The position numbers were made by a program, and so were the translations under genes. Positions 25,070 to 38,733 of a DNA stretch of 64,000 nucleotides are shown piece after piece; position 1 is the stretch's first letter, and each line of letters starts with the position of its first letter. The notes under the pieces are model-generated. The model was not told the origin of the DNA. It did not search any database and saw only the letters and a program-made list of their open reading frames with translations. The DNA comes from Camelus dromedarius (taxonomy: Eukaryota): positions 81,594,001 to 81,658,000 of the forward strand of contig NC_087436.1 of the NCBI RefSeq assembly GCF_036321535.1, written 5' to 3'.

Positions 25070-26092
25070 GTAGGGTTTCTGTTTCTCCCCATGAGGGGTT
25101 AATAGTCAAGAGGACTGCTCTCCTGCTTTAAAGAAAGAAAAAAAAAAGATTTATATGTGAAAATAGGTATTTTCTGACATTGGACAATAGCTAGAGCAGG
25201 ACTGTGACCCTTGAAAGGAGAAAAATAAATGAAGTGATCTTTATACTTTCTCCAAATTGTTGTCTGGAGGCAGCTTTAGAGCCACAGGGAAGGAGAAGCC
25301 TAAGGAAGCTCAGGGTCTCACAGTGTCCTGCAGGTGGGAGATGAGAGTTCAGGAAGGCTAAGGCAGCTAGACTTCCTGGGGAAGGCTACCTGGAAGGGGC
25401 GAGCAGCCAAGAAAGAACTCCCGAAATCTGATGAGAAAGCCCTCTGAGGCGTTGCCGGGGACTGACCAGCACCATCTGGGTTAACACTCCACATAACCAA
25501 GAAAAAGACCCTCCTGAAGAAATTCTCGAAGCTCAAGCCTGCCTGGGAATAGTTTGCCTCTTCACAGGCCAGAGAGGAAAAAATTGATAATCCATGGAAC
25601 TTGGATAGAGTCCTCAGAGAGGTATCACCTGAGTAGTCAGTTAAATTAGCCCTAGATGAAAGGCAACTGTGGACCTGCCAAACTAAAGCACGGAAGCAAG
25701 ATTTGAAAAGATCAGTGCGATCCAAAGTAGCTCAATTATATGCTAAAACAGAGCACGACACTTCTATCCCCCTGGCTTTCATGTCTACATCATCAAAGAA
25801 TAAAACAACACAGTGTTCGAAATATTCCGTATCCAATAAAAAATTGCCAGGTATGCAGAGTAGCAGAAAAAATATGACTCCAAAGCAGGAGAAAAAAAAA
25901 ATCAGTCAATAGAAACAGACCCAGGAATGGTAGAAAAGATGGGATTAGCAGGCAAGGACTTAAAGCAGATTTTAAGAATTTCACAAGTGTGCATACAAAG
26001 AAGGTATGCACATAATGAGGTGAGAAATGGAAGATATAAAAAAGATCCAAATGAAACCTCTGATTATGAAAATTCAGTGTCTGAAATGAATT
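25070..26092 (+). mobile_element. Old L1M 5'UTR/ORF1 fragment
   Basis: 'aaaatcagtcaatagaaacagacccag', 'gagaaatggaagatataaaaaaga', 'aaattagccctagatgaaagg'. Confidence 0.8.
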
Positions 26093-26114
26093 CCAAAGAA
26101 TGAAACTCAAATGC

Positions 26115-26555
26115 TTCACTGTCCTATGAGGCCCATGGGATTTCACCGACTACTCTCCCATCTCACCCCAGGCCTCAGGGACTTTGCACTGGCTGCACCC
26201 TCTGCCTGGAGCACAATGCCCAGATTCGGTTTGACTTGTTCCCACATTTACTCGAGTCTGTGCTCATATGTCTCCTTCTCAAGGAGGCCATCCCTGACCA
26301 GACCATTTAAATCCATATCATTCTCCCTACTTCTCAACCTCTTTCCCTGCTTTATTTTTCTCCATAGAATTTTTCACCATATAACTTGCTCTACTTTTAA
26401 CACACGTGCTTTGGGGTTTTTTGGTCAGTTTTCCTCACTACACTATAACCTTCATGGGGGCAGGGATTTTTTTCCTGTGGTCACTGCTATCTCCCTAACA
26501 TCTATAGCAGCTCCTGGTACATAATAAATGTTCAAAGGATATCTGTCAAATGATT
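26115..26555 (+). mobile_element. LINE-2 3' end
   Basis: 'cctcagggactttgcactggctg..cctctgcctgga', 'ggcagggatttt..tcactgctatctcc'. Confidence 0.85.
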
Positions 26556-27458
26556 ATTTTAGAAAAATAACTCTAGCTCCAATGTATATTGATTGTCTAT
26601 TATGATACAGAAGAAATAGAAAATACAGTTTTATAAAAGTATGATATAACGTATCATTTGGTATTATATCTTCTGTCATCAATATGTCTCTTCATATTAG
26701 TAACAGTATGTTCTCAGCATTTCCCTCCTCCTTTTCTTTCTTACTAATAACCCAAAGACTATTTCTTCCCTCCCCTGCTCAATGCAGAAACCAAAACAAA
26801 GACTCCAAGGATCTAAGGGAAATGCAAAACAGAAAAATTTGGTTGCCATGCAAACTTTTTGCCTTCCTGCACCTAAAGATTAGTTAAAGCCATATTTGTG
26901 AGAAGTTAGAGAAGAAAGTTCAGCAATTACTAACTAAAAAAGAAGGAAGGGCTGAGGTCTCAGAAATGGGAGAACACAGGACCATCTGAAGGAGCACCAA
27001 GAAGCTAGAAAGAAAAGCTGCTCCCTTCTGATAAAATGGAACCAAACAGAACCAGGTAGGAATTCCCCTATTAGACGAGATTTGAAAAATTCAAGAGCAG
27101 TACTGACTGGTGAACACAGAACTGGAATGCAAATATAATTTTCTTTGCGTAAAATCTATTTCATGGTACAAGGAATCTTACGCCAAAGACTTGGAATAAA
27201 ACAAGGGACCTAATCTACTCAGGAGAACAGCAGAGTCAAATTCTCATTAAAGTCAGAAGTTTTAATAGTTTCTACTATCATTTCTTCCCTAATAATGAGA
27301 ATTTCTTATATCTTAGTCATTTGATGACCCTGTATGTGCATTTCTGATTATTTCTTAAAACATTTTTTTGTAAATTCTATTCCTAGAACCTCTGCCTTTA
27401 GAAAAGTTGACTTCTTGTATCCTTAGTATTGGAAGAGATCAATCTCAACCTGCCAAAG

Positions 27459-27633
27459 CAGTGGTTATCAATCTTCAGTGTGTACGGGAATCCCCTGGAA
27501 GGCTGGTTAAACACAGACTGCTGGGCCCCAGCCTCAGAGGTTCTAATTCACAGGCCTGAGCATTTGCATTTCTAACAAACTCCTAGGTGACACTGATGCA
27601 GCTGGTCTGGGTACCACACTTTAAGAACCACTG
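27459..27633. mobile_element. MER5A DNA transposon
   Basis: TIRs cagtggtt...aaccactg; 'tttgcatttctaacaaactcctaggtga'. Confidence 0.9.
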
Positions 27634-29213
27634 CCTAAAGTATGGTATTAACTTTTAAAGGGTTATAAGCATCTATGGTTTCTGTTAGCTGTTTTGCCTC
27701 TCTTGTACAATTTGTATCCCTAGTCACTGGCACGGGCTGGGCTGTCAATAAACATTTGTTGAATGAATGAGTTAGGCTTCTTTCTGAAGTCATATGAAAG
27801 CAATTAGGTATCATCATATCTGTATTGAATTTTTACCAATCATAAAGACAAAATTTCTACATTATGCTAACATAACCTCTAAATTTCTATTGATAAAAGC
27901 AAAACCTGAAGGGCCTACCAATTATTTGAATACTTGTGAGTCATGACCTCCTTGTTATATGTCTATAATTTGAATCAATTTGGTGATGCAGTAAATAGGA
28001 GTTAGCATAAAATAAGAAAATCAGTTTAGTAATAATAATACTTTGTTCATTTTGCAACTTTAAATATGTGAATATTCATGAAAAGGAACTTTAAAAGTAT
28101 TTTAAATAAAAACTGAAAAGAAAAGAGTTTATAGACTTGATTTTGGCAGCATAGAGATATTAATATAATATTAATTTATCTCAGTACTTTGTAAATTTAT
28201 TATCCAGATTTCCTTTCCCTTAAACTATCAAGACTAGTTGGTTAAAGGCAAAAACTAAAAATTACTATGTTATGCTATTTACAAAGAAAGCATCTGGGAA
28301 GGGGATTTAATTACAGTATTCAAGAGCAGAAACACTACCCTTAACCACTGTTCATGAATTTGCTAAACTGGAATATTATATGGTAAGCATGCTCAAATCT
28401 TTCAAAACAGATAATAATACATTTCTTATTACAAGAGGGTTATGAAGATTAATTAGTTAATATTTCTAAAGAATTTAAAGATGAAATGCTTCCCTCCCTT
28501 CAAATGTCACTGAAATCATTAAACAAGTTACACTCAATATTCCCTTTTTAAAGTTTTGAAAAAGTCTATCAAGTGCTGTGCAGTTATCTAACTTTTCCAC
28601 ATTAGAACCAAAATTTGAGCCTCATATCCATGAATAAACATGTGCAGTTCTTTTCCTAAAATACCTATAATGTAATTCAATCAATTTGAAGTTTTCAAAG
28701 ACACAAAAATGCCCATCCTAAAAACAATATTATTAAGGTTATTGAACCACATCTGCTTTCCAAAATTTGATGTAATACACAAATACTCAATTTACAATTC
28801 CTCTACAGTGATAAAAAATTCAGAACAATGCAAAATATTTATTATTTACAGAGCAGCTTCAAAATTCCATGTGGTATATTTGTAGAGCTTCTTTTTCTGT
28901 CTCTCTTAAAAGCAATGGGATATTCAGGATTGATTATTCCTGGCATTCAATCTGCATATTTGCCTTTCTACCCTCTGGAATTTGGGGCTACAGGCAAGAA
29001 TACTATGTATCTGAGTTCAGACCCTGGTAGCAATGAGTGAGAGTCTCTCTGTGGCAACATCTTGAGGTAGAGAAAGCAAATTTTAAAAGTATAAGAAAAC
29101 AAGCCAAATTTAAAGGGAAAAAAAAGTGGGGGAGGAGTAGAGACGAGGAAGGCAGAGAGTGTCATTCCGAAGGGTTCTGAACAGGTTCCACGAAAGAACT
29201 GGAAGCCCCTGAG

Positions 29214-29467
29214 CAGGGTTTCTCAGCTTTGGCACTACTGACATTTTGTGCCAAAAAAGTCTTTGTGGTGAGGGTGGCCTGTGCGTGGTAGGATTCAGCA
29301 GCATCCCTGGCCTCCACAGACCAGACCCGACAGCACTCTCCAACCCACCCCACCCCAGCCAGGCTGTGCTCACCACAAATGACTCCACATATTGCCAAAT
29401 GTTCCCGGGGCAGGAGGAGCTGAGGGGAAAGGAGGCAGATGAAATGGTCTCCAGTTGAGAACCAGGG
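29214..29467 (+). mobile_element. MER20 hAT-Charlie DNA transposon
   Basis: 'cagggtttctcagctttggcactactgacattttg', 'cagcatccctggcctc', 'attgccaaatgttccc'. Confidence 0.88.
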
Positions 29468-31564
29468 GCAGAATTTGGCACAAGGAGAGGAAAATCATCA
29501 GAGGTGCCTGCGCAAAACAGCCAGCAGGAGCTTTGACCTTGACGAGGTAGAGAGGGTGGCCACAGGGTCAGAAATGACCAATGAGGCCACCAAAAGCTAT
29601 GACTATTAGATCCACTAGCTGGGGGAAAATGCTGATGGGAAGAGCCCCCTCTGAGTGGGGTCTGTTGGGAACAGACACTTTGGCCACAGCCATAAGTAAC
29701 TGCCAACGGAACTTCCACATCAGACGTTTAGCATTGAGGGTCATGTAGTGGGTTATATGCTTTGTAAGGAAGGGATGAGTCTAATAGCTTCTTCCGGGGA
29801 ACTTGATGGGCTTAAAAACCAGACACTTCTTGCAGAGGATATATTGAGTTTCATTTACTTCATTAAATATTTACTGAGTACTCAGTGTGTGTCAGGCCCT
29901 GTGCTGGCTGTCAGGAATGCAGTGATGAAAACAGCCTACCCTCAGGGAATGTATGCTCTAGAGAGAAATACAATTACAACAAATCTGGTTTTCAGATTCC
30001 TGGGATAGGTTGTGACCCAGTCAAAGGGGATCTACACTGATGATCCTCATATATCTAAAACTTCAAAATCACAGTACTCTTCATTTTCAAAGAGCAAAAA
30101 CTACTTAACTTGTTTCTCTACTCAAATGCTCCGATTTTTCCCCTCTTATTTTAAATTTCTCAGCCATTTCACTGGCATTTCAGGCAGCTGCTTTTTCTCC
30201 ATTTCAGAGCAATCAATATATGAACATTTTAAACAGCAAAAAAAGCACTTCAGTTCCAAATGTATTTTTCTGCTGGCAACCATGTGCACAATCATTTGGA
30301 TTTACATGACAATGCTGGCCAGCCAAAGTCAGTGAGCCTTCCTGAAAACACATTTGACTCAACGATGACCGATGTGCTGTCACTTCTCATTCAGGCCCAG
30401 CTGCCTAACAATAGCAAGGTAACATTATTAATAAATTACTGGCATAGCTAGTTAGGAAATGTACAATCCAGTTATGTACAGTTTTAAATTCACTACAGGC
30501 AAAACGCTCACTACTCTTCCACATGTGACTCCCAGGCCCATCTTCAGGGCAATTGAACCATGTGGCCTTTGTAGACCAGTCATTAGTATTCAGAATAAGA
30601 AACAATTGCTTGGAACAGGAAACACAGAAGCCAGACACTTGGCAGCATCACACAGGGTTCACTGCTGAAGTCAACCATCAGAGACTGGCTGACAGTAACT
30701 GGCCTCTGTTGCCATGGAAACAGCAGCTGAGCTGTATTAGTAAATAGTTTGGGTTCTCTCACCTGCCAGGACATAAATTCAGAATTTACTGCTGGTTTTT
30801 AAGTCCGCTATTTGTAAGTGACCTATTTATGAAGTAAATACTAGAAATACTTGCTTCAGAAGGAATATCCAAACATTTGTAAAAAAGTAACTGAATCTTA
30901 AGGTATCCAAACACAATTAAATTTAATTGTGCAAAGTATCTGACAAAAACGTCTGCCTCTCCATTCTAACGGTTGCTTATTTTGCCAAAAACTAGTTCTT
31001 AAAAATACATAAATAAAGTAAAAATATAAATGGTGAGGATGTGAGGATAATTCTAAAGACTTCCAAATTTAAGGTAAAGAGTCAAGTCACTTTTCAATTT
31101 TATTCAAGCTATATATAGTTGTATATTTCACATTGTAATAAAGCCATATTTATTTTAGATTTCTCTCACTCATTGCCAAATGAAAGTAAGGCTGCCCCAT
31201 GCCCACTTTTGACTCTAACATCCCCTTACAGGAATTCCTCTGTCTTGATAATTGTAATTATTATCATTACTAGCTTATAGATATATAAAGCATGACAGAA
31301 GAAAAATGTCTCAACTATAGTAATTCAGGAAAAAAGCCATAACGCAAACCTCTAACTCTCAGCTCGCTTAATCCTTATCTCTTCTAGGTCATTCTCGCTT
31401 CATTAAGCGTCTTCTTTCAACTTTTTTCAATTTCATGCTGAATTATATTTTCCCATAAGGTCTACAAGTAAAAGAGTTATTCTGGGATTTTGTTGTGAGA
31501 AGCAAACTCCCCTCATCAACAAATGCTAAAACATGCCCATCACCCTCTTCTGTGATTTCTACTT

Positions 31565-31870
31565 TGATTCATTGATAAACATTTACCAAGCAAATGTCTG
31601 TATGTCATGTGCTATATGCTTGGCAAAGGAGTAGATGATATGAAGATGAATAAAACATGTTTTCTGCTTTTGAAGATCTAGTCTAGTGGGAAAAACAGAA
31701 ATATAGATAGATTTGCTACAATTTGGTTAAGAGCCGCAGTAGAAGTAGATTGAAAGTGTAATGGGATCATTATGAGGCAAGAAGCTAATTTTGTTTAGGG
31801 AAATAGAAAAGGTCCCACTGAGAAGGTGGTGTTTTCACCATATTTTAAAGAATAAATAGGAGCTTCATAC
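31565..31870 (-). mobile_element. LINE-2 3' fragment
   Basis: 'gattcattgataaacattta..', 'atgaataaaacatgttttctgc..ctagtctagtggg'. Confidence 0.7.
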
Positions 31871-32009
31871 ATGGTAGTTGAAAGCACAGATAATAAATCT
31901 AATTTTCAAAAAGTCAAAAACATTACTGTCATTTATATATAAAATGAGCATATGTCAAACATTTTATTTGACTTACAGAGATTTATATCTTCTACCGGAC
32001 AAAATTCAC

Positions 32010-32071
32010 TTGCATTGCTATGAATAGCAATTGTTTGTATTGCTATGGATAAGAATCATTTGCATTGCTAT
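32010..32071. repeat. 25-bp-period minisatellite (~2.5 copies)
   Basis: ttg(c/t)attgctat at 32010, 32035 and 32060. Confidence 0.8.
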
Positions 32072-33374
32072 TAGTTTTCTACAACTTAACTTCTACTGTT
32101 ACAAAACTGTAAAATCGTCTAGTCAGTAGAAAAATCAATCAACCCAGCACACCCCTATAGAATCAACAATTCCCAGAGGGTCCCTAGAAAATACCTAGGA
32201 AATCCGTTTCCAAGTCTTGAACAGTTTTTCCTGATGTGGAATAAGGCATTCCAAATTTGGGGGGAAATATGTTAAATACAAAGAGATATAGAAAAGTCAG
32301 TACTTGGATATGCCTGAGAATGAGGCTATGGGAGGAGGAAGATGTCAATGCAGCCATGGAAAGAAGGTAAGATTATTACACTGGAACTGGGGGCTTGGGA
32401 TCAAAGTGTGAAGGATCTCACATGCTGTGCTAAAAACTTTAGACTTTGCCCCAAAACAGTAGGAAACCAATGAAGGATTTTAAACCTGAAAATGTCAGGC
32501 TAAAAGATGTTTTCTGTTTCCTCACTCCTAATTCTGAATTTTTTCAAAACTGCAATTTCTACATTTATGACCGGTTTTGGAGTATTTCTTAATCCAATAT
32601 TTAGTATTTTCCTGTTTGCTTTCTAAACTTTAAAAATGTCTCTGCTACATTAATGTATTTACTCAAAACTCCTTTTTTTATATATAAAAAAGAAAATAAC
32701 ATGTTCATGTTTTATTTAGTCAATAACTAAATTGACATGGGGAAATAACTTGACAGGATTGATCAATTAACTTCTATCAGTTTCCTACAAAAATATCCAA
32801 ATTTCAAAATTCAAAACTCCTTTCTAATCTGGCCATAAGCAAACTAGTGGCACCAATTTAAGAATCCCAAAGATATGATTAAATTTGGTCTTAAAACCAT
32901 AAATATGATTTTATGTACCCAGAATCACTATGGAAAATAAAATATGCACTATCTAGATTGGAATTTTCTCCTCCAATACTTCAAGATTAAAAATACATAT
33001 ATATTTTCTTAGGGGAAAAATCAAGGAGAAGTTGTGGCATGTATTTTCTGTTTACTCTTGGAAAATTTCAGAAGTTAAAAAAAAAAAGATTTAGCTCTCA
33101 CATTGTCAGTGATAGCCTTCACCTACTGAATGAAAACCTTGCCACGAAGGCCGTGAGCTAACACTGCAAGGGTAACTATTCTCCACGTGTGCTCACGGAT
33201 ATGTGTAGCCTTTGTGGGAGTAAATTTTTACTTTAACTTCTAAGTATTTCTAAGTGGCTCAGAGTCTACAATGCAAGCATGGGTCTGATAACCTTCTGAG
33301 TCTGTGCAGTCATTCCGATCGGAAACCATGCACCATAAGGAGGGCCTGACAAGAAAATGAAGCGTAAGCAGTGT

Positions 33375-33390
33375 CAGCCACTAGGGGGAA
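33375..33390 (+). promoter_or_regulatory. CTCF-like motif
   Basis: cagCCACTAGGGGGaa matches the CTCF core CCACYAGRKGG. Confidence 0.4.
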
Positions 33391-33714
33391 AGACCTTCAG
33401 CTGATTTACAATGATAGAAATCAAGCTAAATTTCCAGAAAAGGCCCAACAGATCCATTAATTAGAAAACAAATATATTCCTACGTAGCCAATCTCGTGAT
33501 AGAGGGAGTCCATGCATTCACTTTGAACAAAGTTTCAGGCTATGTTTTTAATATGCTAAATGCAGATCTTTGAGCCTTTCTAATGTGTAACTGAGACCAG
33601 CCTACGGTGATAGAACCCCAGTTCCATTCAACTGGCCTAATATTTTTTTATAAGGAACTCTTACACAAGTGCATGGGTGTGGGTCTAGAGAGTTGGGAGA
33701 GTGTTGGAAAATGT

Positions 33715-34485
33715 AACGCTGATTATAATACAAGGAATTTTAAAAGAAGTACAGAGGGCTATGGAGATTCACAGAGAGAAGGGAGTACTTTAGGTTGGGG
33801 TAAGGAGGGAGAGTCAGAGGTGACAGATGTAGACATACACAGGCAAATATGATTTAAAAAGGCAGAGCTGGAAAGTGAGGTTATCCTGGGAAAAGGAAAT
33901 GGCTCTAAAAGAGAACAAAGACAGGAGATAGAAATATATGATTCATGTTCAGGAAATGGTGAAGAATCTAGTTTGGTTGGAGCATAGACTTGTTGGGCAA
34001 ATAGAAGTTAAACAGGAACAGCAGAATGATGCTGCCATATGGTAAAGGTCCTTGAATTCCTGGTTGAAAAGTTCGTAGTTCATTCTGAGGCAAGAGGGAA
34101 TAATCAAAGATTTTTAAGCAGTAATCTGAGAGCCTTGCATCAGGCGGATTAGGGAAAAGAGGCAGGACACCAGTAAGGAGCTATTACCCCAGGCAAGGCA
34201 AGAAGCCTTGCATCCTAAACTGGAGTTCTAACCATGGAGTTATAGTAGTGAGAGTCATTTTCCAGGTAGAATCTATACAATGTACCAACAGGTGAATATA
34301 ATGATTAAGAAAGAAAGATTTCTCAAACATGACTCAGATTCTGACCTTAGTCCACTAGGGAAATGATGATATTACTAATATTAATGGAAAAGCACAAAAA
34401 AGAAATGAATTGATTTGGAAGAAAGAAAATGGTTGTTGAACATGGTGAATTCCAGAGTGGAGGTCAAGCAGGCATTAGAATAGAG
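33715..34485 (-). mobile_element. LINE-2 fragment
   Basis: Purine-rich antisense L2 motifs ('acagagggctatgga', 'aaagatttttaagcag', 'gaacatggtgaatt'). Confidence 0.65.
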
Positions 34486-34913
34486 TCCTAAGTCTCATCT
34501 AGACATCTCTTTAATACCTTAAACCTCAAGGAGAAAAAAGAGAAGAATGATTTTCTTATGGAAAAAAATGGATTGATTTTTATCATGGCATTTTATTCCA
34601 AAAAGATAAAACATCTGACATTATTATCCTGTATTTCTGCATAAAGGTTAAAACGAGTACAGTCTGCTTTCCTTCCTGAATTGCTACTTTGACTTGAAGA
34701 TTATAGAGAGAAAAGGAAAAAAGGAGGGGAAAGAAAATAAACTTGTAAGAGGACACGGTAATATAACACCTCTGTGCCTCTGTTCTTACATGAATTCTTA
34801 TAGGTCATCCACCTTTTTGCAAGTGAGAACATGTCTCATGGCATGATTTAGATAAGTTACAAATAGCCTACTTACATGCATGTATCCAAGAGTAATACCC
34901 ACAAGCTACTCAC

Positions 34914-35011
34914 CTGATGAGTCATCAAGCTTTTAGTTTAGTTTAGTATAGACTGGGGGAACAATGCACCTGCTCTGCTGACCAAGGAAAAAGGAAAATT
35001 TTCAAGGCCAT
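34914..35011 (-). other. Candidate 98-nt non-coding/poison exon
   Basis: Acceptor ttttctttcctatctcag|A, donor CAG|gtgagt; stops in all three frames. Confidence 0.35.
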
Positions 35012-35864
35012 CTGAGATAGGAAAGAAAATGTATCATTTAAGAAATTAAAAACCATCTACTTTTCCTGCTAATTTTGCTAATATAACTGGTGTTCAATTA
35101 AATAGTATTTAAATTTTATTCTGTGAACTTTATTTCATAATATTAAAAACACTCAATATGATGACGAATGAGTTAACATATGTAAAGTCCTCAGAACACT
35201 GCCTGGCCCTAGGGAGGTGCTAGTTAAGTGCTGCGATCATCATCATCACCATTATTAGCAGCTTTGTGCTCCTCAGTTGCTGAAAACCCTGGACACAGAA
35301 ATTATTCCATTTAGAAAATTGGGGGAAAAAAATCCTGCAATCCTCATGTTAAAGTGAAAAGAAAAGGAACCCTCTCAAATTCAAAATCTTAAAGGAGAGT
35401 ATTCTTTGTTGGCACTGGAATCTGGCCTGTATTCCAGTTTTTTTCTTATTTATTTTGTAACTTGCTTCCTTTATAAAAAAAAAAAAAACAAACTCTATAA
35501 CTAAAATGAAAAATAACTGAGGTTCAAATGCAGTCCCACATTCTCCACTGATGCTAATCAATGCCCATATCTCCACTGTTGCCACTGGTGAATTATGAGC
35601 TGGTACACAAAAGACAGATGGACTCAGGCATGCAGATTTCTTGACTCCTCTGTGCACACATATTGCATCAATGCATCAATAAGTGAATAAGGCTTACGCT
35701 CAGGAAGTAAAGACCAAGGGTCACACTGCCTTCGGACACCCGCCACCTGCATTCAACAATCTGCTGGACAACTCCGTAAAGGAGATGCTTCTAGCAACAA
35801 TGATGTATATATAAACCTAACCACTGGGACCTTCCCTCTCCTGGCCATAACCTGGAAATTATTT

Positions 35865-36100
35865 GTAGGGATGAAAACTGGAACCAGAGGCAGTTTGTCT
35901 TGATTCAAATCCCACTGTCTTTCGAGTGTGTGACCTTGGGCAAGTTACTAACCTCTCTCTTTCCCAGAGACTGTATCAGAAAATAGAAATAATGATAGAA
36001 TCTTCTTCATTGAACTGCTAAGGACCAAGGAGTTAAGACACGTGAAGAGACTGGAGCAGTGTCGGCACACACTAGTACTAAACATAACCTAAGCCAGCAA
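35865..36100 (+). mobile_element. MIR SINE
   Basis: 'gattcaaatccc..gtgtgaccttgggcaagttactaacctctct'. Confidence 0.88.
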
Positions 36101-38149
36101 TGATGCGTGCCAGGCCACGTGCAGGTGCTGCCCACTCCCCTTCACACTGTTGGAGCGTGTCAGTAACGCCCTCAGCAGATTCATAATACTCTCCATTTTG
36201 GTTTTTATTCAAAAGTACAGAAACCATATTTCTTAAACATGAGTCTCCATTTACATGCCAAGTAATATACGACTAAGTGATGACAAAGTGTGAAGGTTCC
36301 TGATAAACATGGATAGTTACATTGGCTCCTCCATCAGTAACTTCCTCACAAGAAACGTTAATATGACACCAATGTGACGTCAAGGGAAAAGCTGATTCTA
36401 AAATTGCTGGCAACCTGAAAATCCACAGAGACGTTTTCACCTTGCTAAGCGTGGGTCCTGTCCATAAAATATTGGTCACTTCCTTGAGGCACAATTTATG
36501 ACGGCTTGCTCTCCGTTGTTATTTTCTTCCTCATTTCTCACTGTGTGATTTTTCTTCTCAAGGAAGATTCTTTATTCCTCTCCTGCTGTGGAATGCTTTT
36601 CATGAAGACAGCTTTAATTATTTACTGCATATCTCCTACTGTGGCACAGGTCACATTACTTTTAAGATGGGCTGTGATACTGGTTTCCTGTGAGAGCCCA
36701 AGTCAGAATCAAGCCCAGAGACACAAAGAAAGAGGAAGCCAAATTCCTAAGCATTATCTGGTTCAAGTCTCACACACAGTCTTTTCTGTGAGTCTAAGTT
36801 TCTCCATCATGGCTGCATACCTTTTTTAAATGGCACTGACATTACCTGATGGGACACCTTTGGGATAATTCCTGCATGGAGTTTTGAGGACCTCCATCTT
36901 CAACATTGCCACTAAAAAGAATTTTTTTTTATCTTGCAGAAAGCAAATGAGACTTTAAAAGACTGACTACATTTCCTCACCAAATGATGCTAACTTCTAT
37001 CTCCCCCTTTGCAGAGAGATGACATAGTTCAGTTTCTGCCACACATACAACAGTAGGCGCGGTGAGGCTCTTTACTTCCTAGAGAGGCTGCTTATAACTT
37101 TTGCTATTATAAATTACACTGGATGAATATCTTTACATAATTTTTGATTGCACACGTAAAATGCATTCTAGACATGGAATTACTAAGCCCAACAGTGTAA
37201 ACATTTTACTGTTCACTTGCTAAATACTGCATTGTCAAATTATCTTCCAAGAATGTTGTACCAGAATAGTTTTTGTTGTATCAGAATAATTTTACTTCTG
37301 TGTATGTATAGAGTTGCTTTCTAAGGTAAATAAAAGGAATTATCTAACTTCACTTAAGTTATACATTTTTGATGCTGAGACAAATATACCAAATAAGCAA
37401 AATTAAGTGTACAGAAATCGCACACAGCCTCAAATGCAGATTTGCATTAAAATTCCTTTACCTGGACTTATTGAAAATACATTTTAATAACTTGTGATAC
37501 GTACAGAAAAATAAAATAAAATATCAGTTTCTTCCTCCAAACAACAAAAGTTGTACACTTAAGATTTCTCTTCTGTGCAGGTAAATCTTTACACTTATTC
37601 ATAAATGAGATTTGTTTATAAATTGTCCTCAAAAGACTCCATTGCTAGAGTGATCTCTTCTTAAGAAGTGCTTCTATATCTCAATAAAACTGGAAAAAAA
37701 GAAAAGAAACACTTCTGTAACCAAAGACTGGTGTTTCTCCCTATCTACAGTTGCCTTTAACTGATGCTTTCAGGAGCAACACAAATCATATAAAACCAAC
37801 ACCACACTATACAGCAAAGAAAAATACAGAGAAAACAAGAGGAAGTGTACTGGCATAGCTGATCTTTACAAACAGAAACATAAATAGATGACTACCATGT
37901 GCACCAAAAATAACATTCAAATCTGAAAAAAAAATTTGCAGTGAGGTGGAACCTGGCATTTATATATTTTTCTCTGTTCTAAATTAAACTTAACCAAACA
38001 ACTTGAAACCAACTTTTTATCAAGGTCAGACAGAAAGAAAATTAACATATGATTATAAATCTGAATTGGTCATATGACTAATATCTACATGGCTACATAA
38101 GAATTATCTTTTCCAATGAAATCTCACAGTACATTCAGTAAGGTACAAT

Positions 38150-38215
38150 TTGTGTGTGTTTGTGTGTGTGTGTGTGTGTCTTCGTCACCCTCTCTCTCTC
38201 TTTCACACACACATG
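38150..38215. repeat. Compound (TG)n/(CT)n/(CA)n microsatellite
   Basis: Direct sequence. Confidence 0.9.
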
Positions 38216-38334
38216 CACAAAAACTTTAAGGTGATGTGATTTTCATCACAGTTAAGAAAATAATCATTGACTTAAAAAGCAGGAGCAGCAGGCAGAGATC
38301 ATTAGGTCAAGGGGTTTCAAGTTCAAATGAGCAC

Positions 38335-38733
38335 AGGGGCTATAAAGTACCACAAGCTTTGTTTAAAACAACAGAAATGTATTCTCTCAAAGTACTGAAA
38401 GCAACACACATCAGAAATCAAGCTGTGGCAAGACCACGCTGTCTCTAAAGGAACTATCCTTCCCTGCCTCGTCTAGATTCTTATGGTTGCCAGCAATCCT
38501 TAGCTTTCTTTGGAATATACATGCATCACTCCAATCTCTGCTTCTGTCTTTCCATGAACTGCTTCCCTGTATTTCCCCAAATTTTTCTCTTCTAAAGGAC
38601 ACCCATTATAATGGATTTAAAGCCCACCCAAAGCCAGGATGACCTCATCTTAACTTGGTTACATCTGCAAAGACCCTATTTCCAAACAAAGTTAGATCCA
38701 CAGGTCCAAGGTGACACTATTTAACCCAATACA
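38335..38733 (-). mobile_element. MaLR LTR (MLT1B/C-like)
   Basis: 'taaaacaacagaaatgtattctctca', 'gacctcatcttaactt..ttacatctgcaaagaccctatttccaaa'. Confidence 0.9.

Noticed and set aside
29110..29718. Longest ORF (202 aa, minus strand)
   Set aside because: Spans a MER20 transposon; no recognisable domain or supporting exon structure
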